NCBI RefSeq assembly: GCF_009914755.1
Contig: NC_060931.1
Reading direction: 5' to 3' (one strand)
DNA: 64,000 bases
From: the human T2T-CHM13v2.0 reference genome, Homo sapiens
The notes beneath the pieces were generated by a model. The model was not told where the DNA came from, searched no databases, and worked only from the letters and a program-made list of their open reading frames with translations. Shown here piece by piece: positions 1 to 13,745 of this stretch. The position numbers and the translations under genes were made by a program. How positions within the stretch are numbered: the stretch's first letter is position 1; each line of letters opens with the position of its first letter.

Positions 1-307
1 AGACCACGAATTAGCAAATCTGATCTAGCGCTTGTTTTTGTACAGTCCACAGATAGTTTTACATTTTTAAATGTTAGTGACAAAAATCTAAAGAAAATAA
101 CATTTCATGACATATAAAAAGTATAAGAATTCAAATTATGGTGCTCATAAATAAAGTTGTATTAGAACATAGCGCTCTCAATAGTCTAAATATTTTACTA
201 TGGCTCTTTTTATGAAGAGTTGAATAGTTGTGACATAGACCATATGACCTGCAAAGCTAAAATATTTATGATCTGGCTATTTACAGAAAAAGCTTGCTGA
301 TTCCTGG
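1..307. mobile_element. MER58B-like hAT-Charlie DNA transposon remnant
   Basis: Recalled MER58 motifs: ataaagttgtattagaacatagc and the terminal gctaaaatatttatgatctggctatttacagaaaaagcttgctgattcctg. Confidence 0.7.
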
Positions 308-869
308 CCTACACCATCACTAAGGAATAGGTTTAAATCAACAGCTCTTATCAGCTGAAGGTCCTGAATCTCCTGCTAAACACTTTACCTTCCAGTGTTA
401 GGAGAGCAGAGAGACAGTATGCATCCCTGCAGTGGAAGCAAATGTCATTGAAATGTGGAAGCCTAGAGTTATTATTTGGGAACCCTTATATGTGGGTCCT
501 AGATATGATTATTCTAGCTTCTGCTGATTATTCTATAATTGTCCTATGATTTCACTGGTTTTGTTACTTCCCCAACAGCTGGTTGTAAATTTTATACATA
601 GATAAATTAAGTAGCCCTAATATGTCAGTTTTAGATATGATTCGTGCACATATGGCTCTGATTCCTCCACCTGTCTGGCTATAGTTTTACATACATGCAA
701 AGTACATTATCATCATGTGTTGAACCTGATTGCAATATAGTCCCCTTCACAGGACACAGGATTCGAACTGATAAAGGGATGAGGCCAGAATTGGACATCA
801 GAATCATAAACACACTACTGGAAGTCAACAACAGCAAAACAAAATTTGAAAATGAATGCACCTAAGATA

Positions 870-2260
870 AAATTAATATCTTGGAAAAATTGGATAAAGA
901 CTCTAAAATAGGTATGTTTTGGATTGCTCATAGACACAAATCAAGGCAAACTATACATTAAAAGAACAACAAGTATAAAATAGAATCAGGCACAAATTTT
1001 TAAAAATAAGAGGTAGGTGTAAAAAAGAACTATGAGAAAAGCTTGAAATAAAAAATACAGTCATTGAAATATAGAGATCTAATTTTTGAGACAAACTCTA
1101 GACCAAAACAGATCATAGTAATAACATAAATTAATGAATTGAAGATACTGCTGAGAAACTAATGTAAAATATAGCCTAGAGATATAGAAAGAGAGAAAAT
1201 ATGAAGGAACAATTAAGAAAGACGGGCGATAGACCAACGATCTCCATCACACATCGCATAAGAATTTTGGAAGTAGAGCAGTGAAGGACACGACAAGGAA
1301 GTGTTATTTGAAGATATAATAACAGAACTTCCTAGAAATAAAAACACAAGTTCGCCTATCTAAAATAAATATAAAATTCTAAAGGGTACAAAAATAAAAA
1401 TGATATTAACTCCTAAGGAACAATAGACTGACAGCAACATTTTTTCATCACTAAAAATAGATACTAGAATAGTGCATCATTATAAAAATAATAAAATAAC
1501 AAGAATGTTTCAATAACACATATGCATCTAACATATAGCTTCAAAAGTATGCATAACAAATAACAGACCTGAATGGGGAGGGGATAAACAATCAATAACT
1601 ATTATAGTAGAAGTTTTTTTATAGCCTTCTCAAATCAGCTAAATCAAACAAAGAAAAAATAAGCAAAGATACAGAAGATATGAAGAATACAGTTAACAAG
1701 TTAAAACTAGAAGACATATGACTCCATAACCAAAACTATTTTCAATCACACATGAAATGTTGGAAAAATTATCCTTTTGCTAGTTCGTAAGAGAAGCATT
1801 AATAAATATCAGGTAAATTATGTTCCACAGTAATACAATTATCAGTAACAAAAGTTTTTGAAATTCTACCTATCTGGAAACAAAATAACATATCCTAAAC
1901 TGCTTTTTTTAAAAAAGCAAAATTAAAATGTTCTTAGCATTAAACTAAACTAAAAATGTTACCTTTCCAAATATTTGTAGGAACCACTAAACTATCCTCA
2001 GAGGTAAATCATAACAATAATAAGAATGAGGAGAAACACATTGTAGTTATGAAAGGATTAATATATCAAGAAGATAAAACAAATCATGAATGGTTTTCAC
2101 TTAATTGCATACTTTTAAAGGATATGAAGCAATAATAACAGAGTTACAAATGAAGTGGACAAATTTATAATTATTTCAGGAAATTCAGCACACCTCTATC
2201 AGAAACTGATATATAATAATTGATTGATTAAACCGTAGTTCAATCATACATCTGCTTTCT
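870..2260 (+). mobile_element. Old, fragmented L1M (LINE-1) body
   Basis: A-rich + strand with degenerate L1 ORF2 endonuclease-like segments (tatgcatctaacatatagcttcaaaa; ggacaaatttataattatttcaggaaattcagcacacctctatcagaaactgat); no intact ORF. Confidence 0.55.
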
Positions 2261-2344
2261 TACAAATTTTTATGTAGCTCTAGGTTAATTTATATACAAC
2301 AATGTATACAACATAGTTAAGTGAAAAGGCATATTTCAGTGTAA

Positions 2345-2377
2345 GTGTGTGTGTGTGTGTGTGCGTGTGTGTGTGTG
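2345..2377. repeat. (TG)n microsatellite
   Basis: Direct reading; one interruption. Confidence 0.9.
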
Positions 2378-2439
2378 GTGTATAAACAAAAATCACTGGG
2401 GAAGCATATATGCTAAGATGTTAGAAATGGTAATTTCTT

Positions 2440-2788
2440 GCCTGGGCACAGTGGCTCACACCTGTAATCCCAGCAATTTAGGAGGCCAAGGCAGGAGGAT
2501 CAGACCACTTGAACCCAGGAGTTCAAGGCCAATCAGGGCAACAATTATAAGTAAGACCCAGTCTCTACAAAAAATAAAAAATTTGCCAGGGATGGTGGTA
2601 TATGTCTTTAGTCCCAGCTACCTGGGAGGTGAGGTGGAAGGATCCTCTGAGCCTGGGAGATCGAGGCCTCAGTGAGCTGTGATGGCACCACTGCACTCCA
2701 GCCTGGAGGACAGAGCAAGGCCCTATCAGAAAGAAAAGAAAAGAAGAGAAGAGAAGAGGAGAAAGAGAAGAAAAGAGAAAGAAAAAGA
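2440..2788 (+). mobile_element. AluJ with (GAAAA/GAGAA)n-derived tail
   Basis: gcctgggcacagtggctcacacctgtaatcccagc start; dimeric structure; TSD gtaatttctt at 2430 and 2789. Confidence 0.92.
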
Positions 2789-3489
2789 GTAATTTCTTGA
2801 TAGTGGGATTTTGGTTAATGTATACTTCCTTCTTTATTTCTCTCTGTATTATATAATTTTTCCCATGAACATATATTAATTTTTATATTAAGGAAAAATA
2901 AACAATAACAGCACTGGCATTTTGGAAAACAAAATCAAGCCTATATGTTCCTTCAAGGTACAGAATTTCTTTATATAATATGCATTTAAAAATCCAAAGG
3001 AAACAATTAATTTTATTCTTTCTTTGCTCAATTTCTTTTTTGTTAGATTGAACTCCCGCTTTTGCATATTAGTCTCTCCTTCTACAAGGATCATGAATAC
3101 ACAAAAAGGAAGAATCAATTCCCAGCTGCCAGAGGTGGAACCCAAAGGAGCACTATTTTGTGTTTGTAGTAAAATATATTCAAGACAAAATATCATTTCA
3201 AACATTGCCAAGTGTACAGCTCTGTGCCATGAAGCACATGCACATGATTGTGCAATCATTACCACCATTCATCTCCAGAATGCCTTTATCTCACAGGAGT
3301 CCTCTTATGGTTAGACATGTGGAAATAAGCATTACTGTTCAACAAAACAATGAGAGGATATTTTTCTTAAATATTACCCAGGGACATAAACTGTCTGTTT
3401 AGGCCTGTGGCAGTAGTTATCTCCTCTGGTTTTATTACAATCCCTTTTTGGCTTCTCCATTGGTTTTACATATGTATTTTAATTTTTTT

Positions 3490-4590
3490 TTTACTATTTA
3501 TTTTGAAATAGATAGTCACAGGAAGGTTCAAATATACAGAATGGTTCTTTGTAATTTTCATTGTTTCCCCCAATGATTACACCCTACATAACTATAGTAC
3601 AACATTAAAACCAGGAAACTGACATTGGTATGATGTACAGTTCTGTAACATTTTATCACATATGTATTTCTGTATAGCCACCAGAGAAATAGAAAAAAAA
3701 CAAAAACAGAACTATTCCATCCCAAGAAAGATCTCCTATGCTACTCCTTTATAGTCAGGGCTATTTCCCTTACTCCATGACCACTAATCTCTGGAAACCA
3801 CCAATCTGTTCCCACCTCCATAATTTATGTGGAGATTGTTACATAAATGGAATCATATACTATGTGACCTTTGAGATTGGCTTTTTTCACTCAGCATAAT
3901 GTCCTTAATCCATGCAAGGTATTATATGTATCAATAGTCCATTGCATTTTTATTGGTGAGTAGTATTCCAATGTATACATGTACCACAGTTTGTTTAACC
4001 ATTCACATATTGATGAATATTTTGGGTTTTTACAGTTTGAGGAGACTACAAATAAAGCTGCTATAAAAATTCCTTTACAGGTTTTTGTGTAGGCCTAAAT
4101 TTTCATTTTTCTGGGATAAATGCCCAGGAGTGCAACTGCTCAGTTGTATAGAATCTGTTTAGTTTTAAAGTAAACTGCCACACTATTTTTCTGAGTGGCT
4201 GTACCATTTTATATTCTCACCAGCAACACATTAGACATCCAGTTGTTCCACATCCTTGCCAGCCTTTGATATTGCTGCTATTTTTTATATTAGCAGTTCT
4301 AATGGATATGTAATAGCTACTGATGATAAATATCGCTTCACGTGCATATTTGCTATCTGTATATCCTCTTTGGTGAAACGTCTTCTCATGTCTTTTGACA
4401 ATTTTCTAATTGACTATCATTTTTCTACTGTTCTGTTTTGAGAAACTTTATATGTTCTAGACAAAATTTCTTTTCAGATATGTGGTTTGCCAATATTTTA
4501 TCCCAGTAGTTTGTCTTTTCATCCTTTTAACGGGGTCTTTCACAGATTAAAAGGTTTAATTTTGATAAAGTTCAATTTATAAATTTATTT
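3490..4590 (-). mobile_element. L1MC/L1MB-type 3' fragment
   Basis: Antisense L1 3' end and ORF2 tail (ataactatagtacaacattaaaaccaggaaactgacattgg; gggataaatgcccaggagtgcaactgct; gagtggctgtaccattttatattctcaccagc). Confidence 0.8.
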
Positions 4591-5307
4591 TTAGTATAAC
4601 GAGTTGTCATTTTCATTTATATGTGTGCTTCTGTCCAAATAGTAGGTCTCTTCCCTTTTCTGAATGTCTACTTTGTAAAATATATGGCAAAATTTAAACT
4701 CACTTTCAAAAGGACTAATCTAATTAGTAACTGGTTAACTTTAAGGATTTTCAAAATTACCTGTGTTAACATTTACACATCAGTAAATTAAACACTCATA
4801 AGTGTACTGCCTCCATGAAAGTCGGAAATCTACAAAAATCAGAACCAGCAATCAAAAACTGAAAATAGAGTGAGAGATTTATTTTAGAATAGAAAATGTC
4901 AGAATACACAGCTAAAAAAATTGAAAACTTATTAGTAATACAAGTTCCTTATATGATATTTTAAATTGCAACATAAAATCAATTGGTTAAAATTTCTCTC
5001 AGTAAATCTTTCTTGTACCAATTGTATGCGAATCCCAAATGTCTCTAAATGAGAAGAATCATTTTTCATGGTGAACTTGCTTTTGTTTCTATCTTTATTC
5101 TAAAAATAAAAAATAATAATTACTATGTCCAATCATCTCTCTTGTTACATAATTTTCAAATTATATATTAGACTTAGATAGTGTATAGTTGGCAAAATAA
5201 CAGTGACACCTATTCTGTTTAATGACTGTAAATGGCAAAGACAGCGTATCTCTGATATACTTTTAACTGAACCTGCTCCACCAAATCTCCATACAGATAA
5301 TGTTTCT

Positions 5308-5617
5308 TTTTTTCTTTTTTCTTTTCTTTTTTGAGAAAAGAGCACATAGTGTTGCCTAGGCTGGCGTCCAGTGGTGCAATCAGGGCTCACTGCAGCCTCG
5401 ACCTCCTGGGCTCAAGTGATCCTCCCACCTCAGAATGCCGAGTAGCTGAGACCACAGGCAGGCGCCACCATTGCCCGGCTAATTTTTAAATTTTTTGTAG
5501 AGACACAGGTCTCTCTATGTTCCCCAGGCTGGTCTTGAACTCCTGCAGATAAGCAATCCTCTCGCTTGGGCTTCCCAAAGTACTGGGATTACAGTCATGA
5601 GCCACTACACCCTGCCC
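5308..5617 (-). mobile_element. AluJ
   Basis: Poly-T followed by antisense Alu dimer; TSD agat(a/t)atgtttct at 5295 and 5618. Confidence 0.9.
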
Positions 5618-8334
5618 AGATTATGTTTCTTATACAAACATCTTAGACTTAATCTTATGGTTGATAACAAAGGTATATGTCTAACAATAAATGTAACTGA
5701 TTATCCTACATTTTTACTTCAAGATTATCCCCTCCTGCCAGGGAGTTCTCCAAAAGGCACTGTAGAAGTGGCAAGATAAGGAAACTTAAGCATCCACTGC
5801 AAAGGAAACCTAAACATCCACATCTCTCTACGATGTTCTCAAGGAAGCACTCCCCAACATTCTGCCATAGAAGAGAACAGGACTTCTGGTCCTGTTCTGG
5901 TCCTAATGAACAGGTGCTCATTAGATGTTTTCTCTTCCAGCTGTGTCAGCTGCTAATGGTAAAAGAATCCCTCCTTAGCACCAAATCACTGATGAACTTG
6001 ATGACTGTAGAATTAAGGACTTCCCTCAGGTAGTCAGTATAAAGTTCAAGGTGGCTACTAAGCAAGGTAAGAATCTCATGCTCTACCCAAAGCCAATACT
6101 GAGGAGGCAATGAAAAAGCAAAATCACCTAGGAAAAGGCTGGCCCCAGACCCTCTTGTAGAGGGATCAAGAGTTAGCACTAGTTTATAAACCTTTAGAAA
6201 GAAATAACAAAGGGTTGACAAGAAGTCCAGGTTTGCCTGGGGGAGTGGAGGCAGGAACAGCAATCTTCCATGAAATAAGTGTTCCAGCTCCAGTTTAGGC
6301 AATACATTTCCAGAAATAATCTGCTCAATATGTAATCAAGAAAAGTTCTGAGGACACTTACTTTGAAATGCAAGAAATTTGGGAAAGAGTTTAGGTAGGC
6401 AGCCATCTCTGGACTCTGTTTCCCAACTACTTTTAATGAAAAGACTCCAAGAAATATCACTTCATAACAAAAATCCATACCCAAATTCTTCCTTTGGGAA
6501 GAATCTTGGATTAGGGGACCTTTAAGCTCTTATCTAACCCAAAGATTATGATTCTAAGCTATTAAATATTGACAGACAAATAATGTGGACTCAATAAATA
6601 TTTGCTGAAATGAATCAAACTGAATTGAATTCAGGAAGTAAAAGGGTTTATGTTTTATGACTATAGTTTATCTAATTCTCACAGTCAAACAGCTGTTCGA
6701 ACTTCCTTTCCTTTGAAAGTCTTACATATGCTCACCACATTTCCCTGCTAAAATCTGCAAGGTAGAGCTCATCTTACTAATCACATTTTAGAGGTCAAAT
6801 TGCCTTCAATGTTTCATTTTTGCGTGTCCTTTTCCCAATAGCATTATGTCCCAACATAGAGTTTTCATATCCTTTATCTAAAAATAAATTACCTGAACTT
6901 GATTGCATATAGGATCATGGACTAATGAACATGGATTTTTGCTTAACAGATACCCGATTTTTTCTAGCAAGGGTACTTTATGATTTATGATCCTTAATGA
7001 CCTAGTTATTTGAAAAAACCATAGAGGGTATCAATGAGTTTTCTTCAATTGGTTAAAATATCATACATTTCTTTCACTAGTTCAGACATCTTTGTCTTTG
7101 ATCCTGATTCACAGAATTTAGTGAGGAGGTGGAAAAGAGAATTGTTACAGAAGATGAATCAACAACATGATGGACAAAGGATCATAGAAGTAATAAAAAG
7201 AATTTTTTTAACTTCAAAAAAAAAGTCAGAAAATGTAAGACTCTTTGGCTACGGAAATGAAATCGCGCTTTAGCAGAAATTTATCTAATGCACATCATAT
7301 ATTCTTATGACAGGAACTATATTTATGATCATAAAAGCACTAATAATATTCTGTATAATAGTCTTGAAGTAAACTCAACAATGTACTTGCCATTCATAGT
7401 TACCCTATGAATATTATCAAAATAACTAAATAATGTGCTCACATTGTATATTCCTGTTATGGAAATTATTTTATATGCCTATTTAACTTTACTAGTTTGT
7501 TTAAATCACAAGACAATCTTGCTATTATTAAAATTGATTACATAATCAATATGATCAGGATCCATAAATGGCTTTCTATGGCTTTCCACGACTTAAACTT
7601 TTCAAAAAATTATCTAGGCATAAAATTATTTTTTGTTTTTATAATATATTATGAAGACAGAAGCATATTTATTAACAGATTAGGCAACCCATTGTCTTAG
7701 TATGTTTATTGTAATTTGAGTTTAAAAATTTATTGATTTGTTAATTTTTGCTAAACTAATTTAGAACTTGCTTTGACATTCTCCATTGAACTACTGTAAC
7801 TGTGCTATAACCTAATTAGAAAAATCTCAGGAGACAATGATTGTTTCTTATGTTTAAATATGAACTAGGAAAGTAGTCTTTCTCAGTTTATAGATTGTTT
7901 TTACTCATTTACCTAAGACAAGACTGACAGTTATCCTGTCAAGGTAATCAAAGCCTAAAATGTTTTTTTCTATATTATTTTTTTGATAGACATATATAGG
8001 AAGTTGACAAGTAAAAATGGATTATATAGCAAGCCCAAAACTTGGAATGCATTTTTTCAGAAACAATGTTGTAAATGGTATTCAAATACCCTGCTAGTTA
8101 ATGAAATGTACTTATCATATGTAGAAACGCTATTTGCTTATATTACAGAATGTGCAATACCACTCTTTTCAGTAAATAAAATAAAAAGTAAAGACTGAAA
8201 TGTAATTTTATCTTTAATGTTTGTACTACGCTTAAGATAAATCCAGTTTTACTAGAGGATATTGATTGGAGGTAATTCTAAAAGAAACCTGAAATTCTAC
8301 AACTTAAATATAACTTTTCTTATCATGGTTGCTT

Positions 8335-8795
8335 TCGCTATCTATTGCTGTGTAACAACTAACCTCAAATTTATCAGCTTTAAATCAACAAATATTTATT
8401 AGTTCATAGTTTCAAGGGTCAGGTATCCAGGAATGGCTTACCTGAGTCGTTCTTGCCCAGATTCTCTCTTGAGGTTATTAAGCTGTTAGCCAGGGCTCCA
8501 GACATCTCAAGAAGATTCAGCTGGGAAAGAAGGGTCTGCTTCCAAGTTCAGTCACATGGTTGTTGGGAGATCTCAATTCTTCTCTGGCTATTGGCCAGAT
8601 AGTATAATACTATACTTCCTTACCATAAAAGTCTCTCTAGAGGGCTGCTTAAAACACAGCAGCTTGGCAGATAAAGTGATAGAGAGAGAGATCCAGAGAC
8701 CTAAATGAAAGCCACCATCTTTCATAACTTAAACTCAGAAGTGCCATACTGTCACCTAGGCCTTATATTATTAGCCACAATAACAGAGCCTGGAA
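8335..8795 (-). mobile_element. MLT1-family (MaLR) LTR, left part, interrupted by LTR12C
   Basis: ctattgctgtgtaacaactaacctcaaattt is the reverse complement of an MLT1 3' end; the element resumes after 10225 (gtgggagaggactacacaagggtgtgaata). Confidence 0.7.
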
Positions 8796-8799
8796 CTAT

Positions 8800-10221
8800 T
8801 GTGCCTGGAATTGGTGGGTTCTTGGTCTCACTGACGTCAAGAATGAAGCCGCGGACCCTCGCGGTGAGTGTTACAGTTCTTAAAGGCTGCGTGTCCGGAG
8901 TTTGTTCCTTCTGATGTTCAGATGTGTTCGGAGTTTCTTCCTTCTGGTGGGTTCGTGGTCTCCCTGGCTCAGGAGTGAAGCTGCAGACCTTCGCAGTGAG
9001 CGTTACAGCTCTTTAGGCGGCGCGTCTGGAGTTGTTCGTTCTTCTCGGTGGGCTCATGGTCTTGCTGGCTTCAGGAGTGAAGCTGCAGACCTTCAGGGTG
9101 AGTGTTACAGCTCATAAAGGCAGTGTGGACCCAAAGAGTGAGCAGTAGCAAGATTTATTGTAAAGAGCGAGAGAACAAAGCTTCCACACCGTGGAAGGGG
9201 ACCCCAGCAAGTTGCCACTGCTGGTTGGGGCAGCCTGCTTTTATTCTCTTATCTGGCCCCACCCACATCCTGCGGATTGGTAGAGCCGAGTGGTCTGTTT
9301 TGACAGGGCACTGATCGGTGTGTTTACAATCCCTGAGCTAGACACAAAGGTTCTCCACGTCCCCACCAGATTAGCTAGATACAGAGTGTGGACATAAAGG
9401 TTCTCCAAGGCCCCACCAGAGTAGCTAGATACAGAGTGTCGATTGGTGCATTCACAAACCCTGAGCTAGACACAGGGTACTGATTGGTGTGTTTACAAAC
9501 CTTGAGCTAGATACAGAGTGCCGATTGGTGTATTTACAATCCCTGAGCTAGATATAAAGGTTCTCCAAGGTCCCACCAGACTCAGGAGCCCAGCTGGCTT
9601 CTCCCAGTGGATACGGCACCGGGGCTGTAGGTGGAGCTGCCTGCCAGTCCCGCGCCGTGTGCCCGCACTCCTCAGCCCTTGGGTGGTCGATAGGACTGGG
9701 CGCCGTGGAGCAGGAAGCGGCGCTCGTCGGGGAGGCTCTGGCCGCACAGGAGCCCACGGAGGGGGTGGGAGGCTCAGGCATGGCGGTCCCGAGCCCTGCC
9801 CGCCGGGAAGGCAGCTAAGGCCCGGCGAGAAATCAAGCGCAGCGCCGGTGGGCTGGCACTGCTGGGGGACCCAGTACACCCTCCGCAGCCGCTGACCTGA
9901 GTGCTAAGCCCCTCATTGCCCCGGGCCGGCAGGGCCGGCTGGCTGCTCCGAGTGCGGGGCCCGCCAAGCCCAGGCCCACCGGAACTCCAGCTGGCCCGCA
10001 AGCGCCGCGCGCAGCCCCGGTTCCCGCTCGCGCCTCTCCCTCCACACCTCCCTGCAAGCTGAGGGAGCCGGCTCCGGCCTTGGCCAGCCCAGAAAGGGGC
10101 TCCCACAGGGCAGCCGTGGGCTGAAGGGCTCCTCAAGTGCCCCCAAAGTGGGAGCCCAGGCAGAGGAGGCGCCGAGAGCGACGGAGGGCTGTGAGGACTG
10201 CCAGCACGCTGTCACCTCTCA
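8800..10221 (-). mobile_element. Solo LTR12C (ERV9 LTR), full length ~1.42 kb
   Basis: Minus strand begins TGAGAGGTGACAGCGTGCTGGCAGTCC and ends CCACCAATTCCAGGCACA; tandem U3 repeats with CCAAT/GATA (gattggtg...gagctagatacagagtg); U5 repeats; 4-bp TSD ctat/ctgt with one mismatch. Confidence 0.93.
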
Positions 10222-10225
10222 CTGT

Positions 10226-10295
10226 GTGGGAGAGGACTACACAAGGGTGTGAATATGGGGATAAATGCAGACTATCTTGAAGGGTGATATCACAA
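10226..10295 (-). mobile_element. MLT1-family LTR, remainder after the LTR12C insertion
   Basis: Continues the MLT1 sequence broken at ~8795. Confidence 0.6.
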
Positions 10296-10863
10296 TGGCA
10301 TATTTCTTTCTGGTCTTCTTTTGGTACATTTTTATATGCTATTGTTCCACCAAATAATGTAACAAAAGCGTTTTGTCATTAAAACATCCCGTAAATATTA
10401 TTTTAGTACCAAGCTTATATAGTGTTGACCTTTTATATTTCTCCCAAATATGTACTATTATAAATAATTCTATGATAAACAGCATTTGCATGAAGCTTTT
10501 CTGTTTCTATTTCAGATTACTTCTTTTGGATTGCAATCTAGCTTTGGGACTAATTTTAACAGCCTTAACACAAGTTGAGAAACTGCCTTCTAATTGTATC
10601 AATTTAACTTCCAGAGGAGCGTAAGAGTGTTTCACTGCTTCCTTATCCAGGGACTTTCAAAGACTTAAAAGTTAATAACACTAGTTTTTTTGTTTGTTTG
10701 CTTTTTGCTTTTTTAAATGTTCATGTTGTTTTCATTTCTTAATTTCTTACATGAGTAGCTCTGCTCTTAAACATAGCAACTATGATGTGTGAGTGTGTGT
10801 ATGTGTGTGTGTACTTGGAAGAGCATGGAAGAGAAAAGATGATTATTGAGAAATGCTGAGTTA

Positions 10864-11333
<470 letters not shown>

Positions 11334-12269
11334 AGAAAAAGGTGGTTGGAGGAAGAAAGAGACTGGGGAGTCCAATTTCCTGTGATTGTCTCCCGGGAAT
11401 ATGATGGCCCAGGATAACTTGCTTACTTTACTTGAGAGTTAGAGAAATACTGAGAGGAAAACGTGTGAATTAACTGAGAACATTTATGTTCTTTTACTTT
11501 CATTCAGTTTTTAAATTTTCTTTCACTTTCTTTCAGTTCCTATTATAAAACTATTTTCCTGTGGTAAAATAATGACAAATTAAAAATAATCTTTTTATAA
11601 AAGTGCATCTGTGTAAGAGTAACATAAATTAAGGGATTAACGGAGTCCCTCTTCATAGTTGTTAAACCCACCATTGTATTTGATATTATCATATTTTTAC
11701 CCCAACTTCATGCTTTTGTCAAAAGAGTATAAATTTTCTGAGGCAAGTATTTGGCGAAGTGTATATTTTTAGTCAAAAGATACATTGTTAGATTTAATTT
11801 TTTAAGTGATTATCAGAAACAAAAAAATAGGACTGTGTTATTTTCTTACTGTAGCCTTAAGAAATGTTTTCTCTGGTCTTACAGTGTCCTGCGTAAACCT
11901 CTATGTTATAGTTTATTGAATTAATCTACTTATAATATCTTATTTCCTTCATTAGAATGTGAGGTTTGGGTATGGACCTAATCCTACATATCTTTAATTC
12001 CCTGAATACCTACCACAGTGCTTAATATATAAATATTTGTTGAGCCATTAAGTAATGCAGTTGGGAATTTGAATGCCAGATTTAATATACCTTTATAGCT
12101 ATCTGCTAAGTTATTTAATATGAAAATCATCAGTTATAACTATTTTAGCCAGATGTTTGGATAGCAAAGCAGATATATGGATTTGCTAAAAATGATACAC
12201 AGTAAAAAAATATATCTGACAATGTTTACAGTATTTTACATATAAAATATATTTGTCTGGGGCATGATT

Positions 12270-12880
12270 TTCATTCATTCATTCATTCATGCCAAAAAAG
12301 ACTATTAAATATCTCATATTTGCTAGACATCTTTGTTGCACCAGACTGAAAATTTAAGATTTGACTCCATTGACCGTAGGGAACCTTTGCCTGATTCTAA
12401 GGGACATGTGTTTTAGATGCGTCTTAGAAAGCAATGAGGAGGATGAACTGGAACAAAGAGAGACTGGAAGTAGGAAAGGTGATTAGACAGCAATCAAGAG
12501 TGACCACATAAAAAATTATAAAGACTTGAGGTAAGGTAATAACCATAAGGACAGATGGAAGAGGACGATGGAAAAAATAATAGGTAACAATGAACAAGGA
12601 CTAATGCTGCTTGGATTTGAGAAGATGGAGGAGTTGGCACATATGACTTGCATTGCTTCAGCTTTAGGGACTGGGTGAATTAAGGTACCATTAACTATTA
12701 ACCAGGTGGCATAAAAAGCAGCTGGCCAAGGAGAAAAGAGAGCAAATTGGTACCATTGCACAATCCAGATGGAACTATCAATAAGCAATTGAATACATTG
12801 ATCTGGAGCGCATGAGAGAAATATCTGTGGAAAAATTTGAGTTGTTATTGTGAGGGTGGTGACAAAGATCATGGCAGAGA
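12270..12880 (-). mobile_element. L2 fragments
   Basis: (TTCA)n L2 tail on the minus strand followed by degenerate L2 body. Confidence 0.55.
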
Positions 12881-13629
12881 GAAGAAAAAGGAGGAGGAGG
12901 AAAATAGAGGGAAATACAGAAGGAGAATGAGAAGGAGAAGAAGGGGAAGGAAAACAGGATAAATGACTGAATCTTTTTATGATTTGTTACAATTATAACT
13001 TCTGTGTGTTCTATGGGTAAACTACTATGATTATAGGAGCCATATGGTTATTAAAACAAAATAAAAATCTGCACTGATGCAAATCTTGATATAGTCCTTT
13101 TTTTGCTCATAGCTTTTAAAAAATCAAAGTTATATTTTGCCTCATAGCCTCATGTTAGCCTTTATTTCTTAAAACTGTAGTGAAGGTAAGCTGCTGATGA
13201 GATTATGGGTTTCTCCTATGAGTCCCTGAAGAAAATTAACCCTGAAAAACATCATAAACTGTGGTTTGTTTTAACACCTCTTGCCATCAGCTTTTCTATG
13301 ATGAACACTTGCAATGAACCTCTTTACACTATCGAAGAAACCTTGTAAAGTCTAATTGACTTTCAAGAGAAACGAGTCATCAGAATTTTTTTCTCCTGTG
13401 TATTACAGTGGACATGACATGACAGTTAACATCTTCAATACTGTAATAAAATCCAAGGCTATTGCCATCACTGAGCCACATCAGTTTTGATGGATGTGAA
13501 GAAACTGTAAAGACATAGAGATGTATGGCAAAAAAAAAAAAAAAAGAAAGAAAGAAAAAAAAAACATTTTCTGGAGTAACAGGAACCTGATTATATGTTT
13601 AGAAACACAAAATAGTTCAAAAGCTAGTG

Positions 13630-13745
13630 GAGTTTTACCAACTAACTAGCTGTGTGGGCTTCCTCCATGCCTGGGCTTTGCTTAATGATATTTAAAATGA
13701 GGAGATTGGACTAGAATATCTTGACGTTTCCTTCAGTTATAAAAT
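13630..13745 (+). mobile_element. MIR fragment
   Basis: ctaactagctgtgtgggc...taaaatgaggagattggactaga core similarity. Confidence 0.45.

Noticed and set aside
9290-9580. Regularly spaced repeats resembling a CRISPR array or minisatellite
   Set aside because: Standard tandem U3 enhancer repeats of LTR12; eukaryotic context, no unique spacers or cas genes
8705-10215. Cluster of ORFs in the LTR12C
   Set aside because: Incidental frames of LTR sequence; a solo LTR has no gag/pol/env
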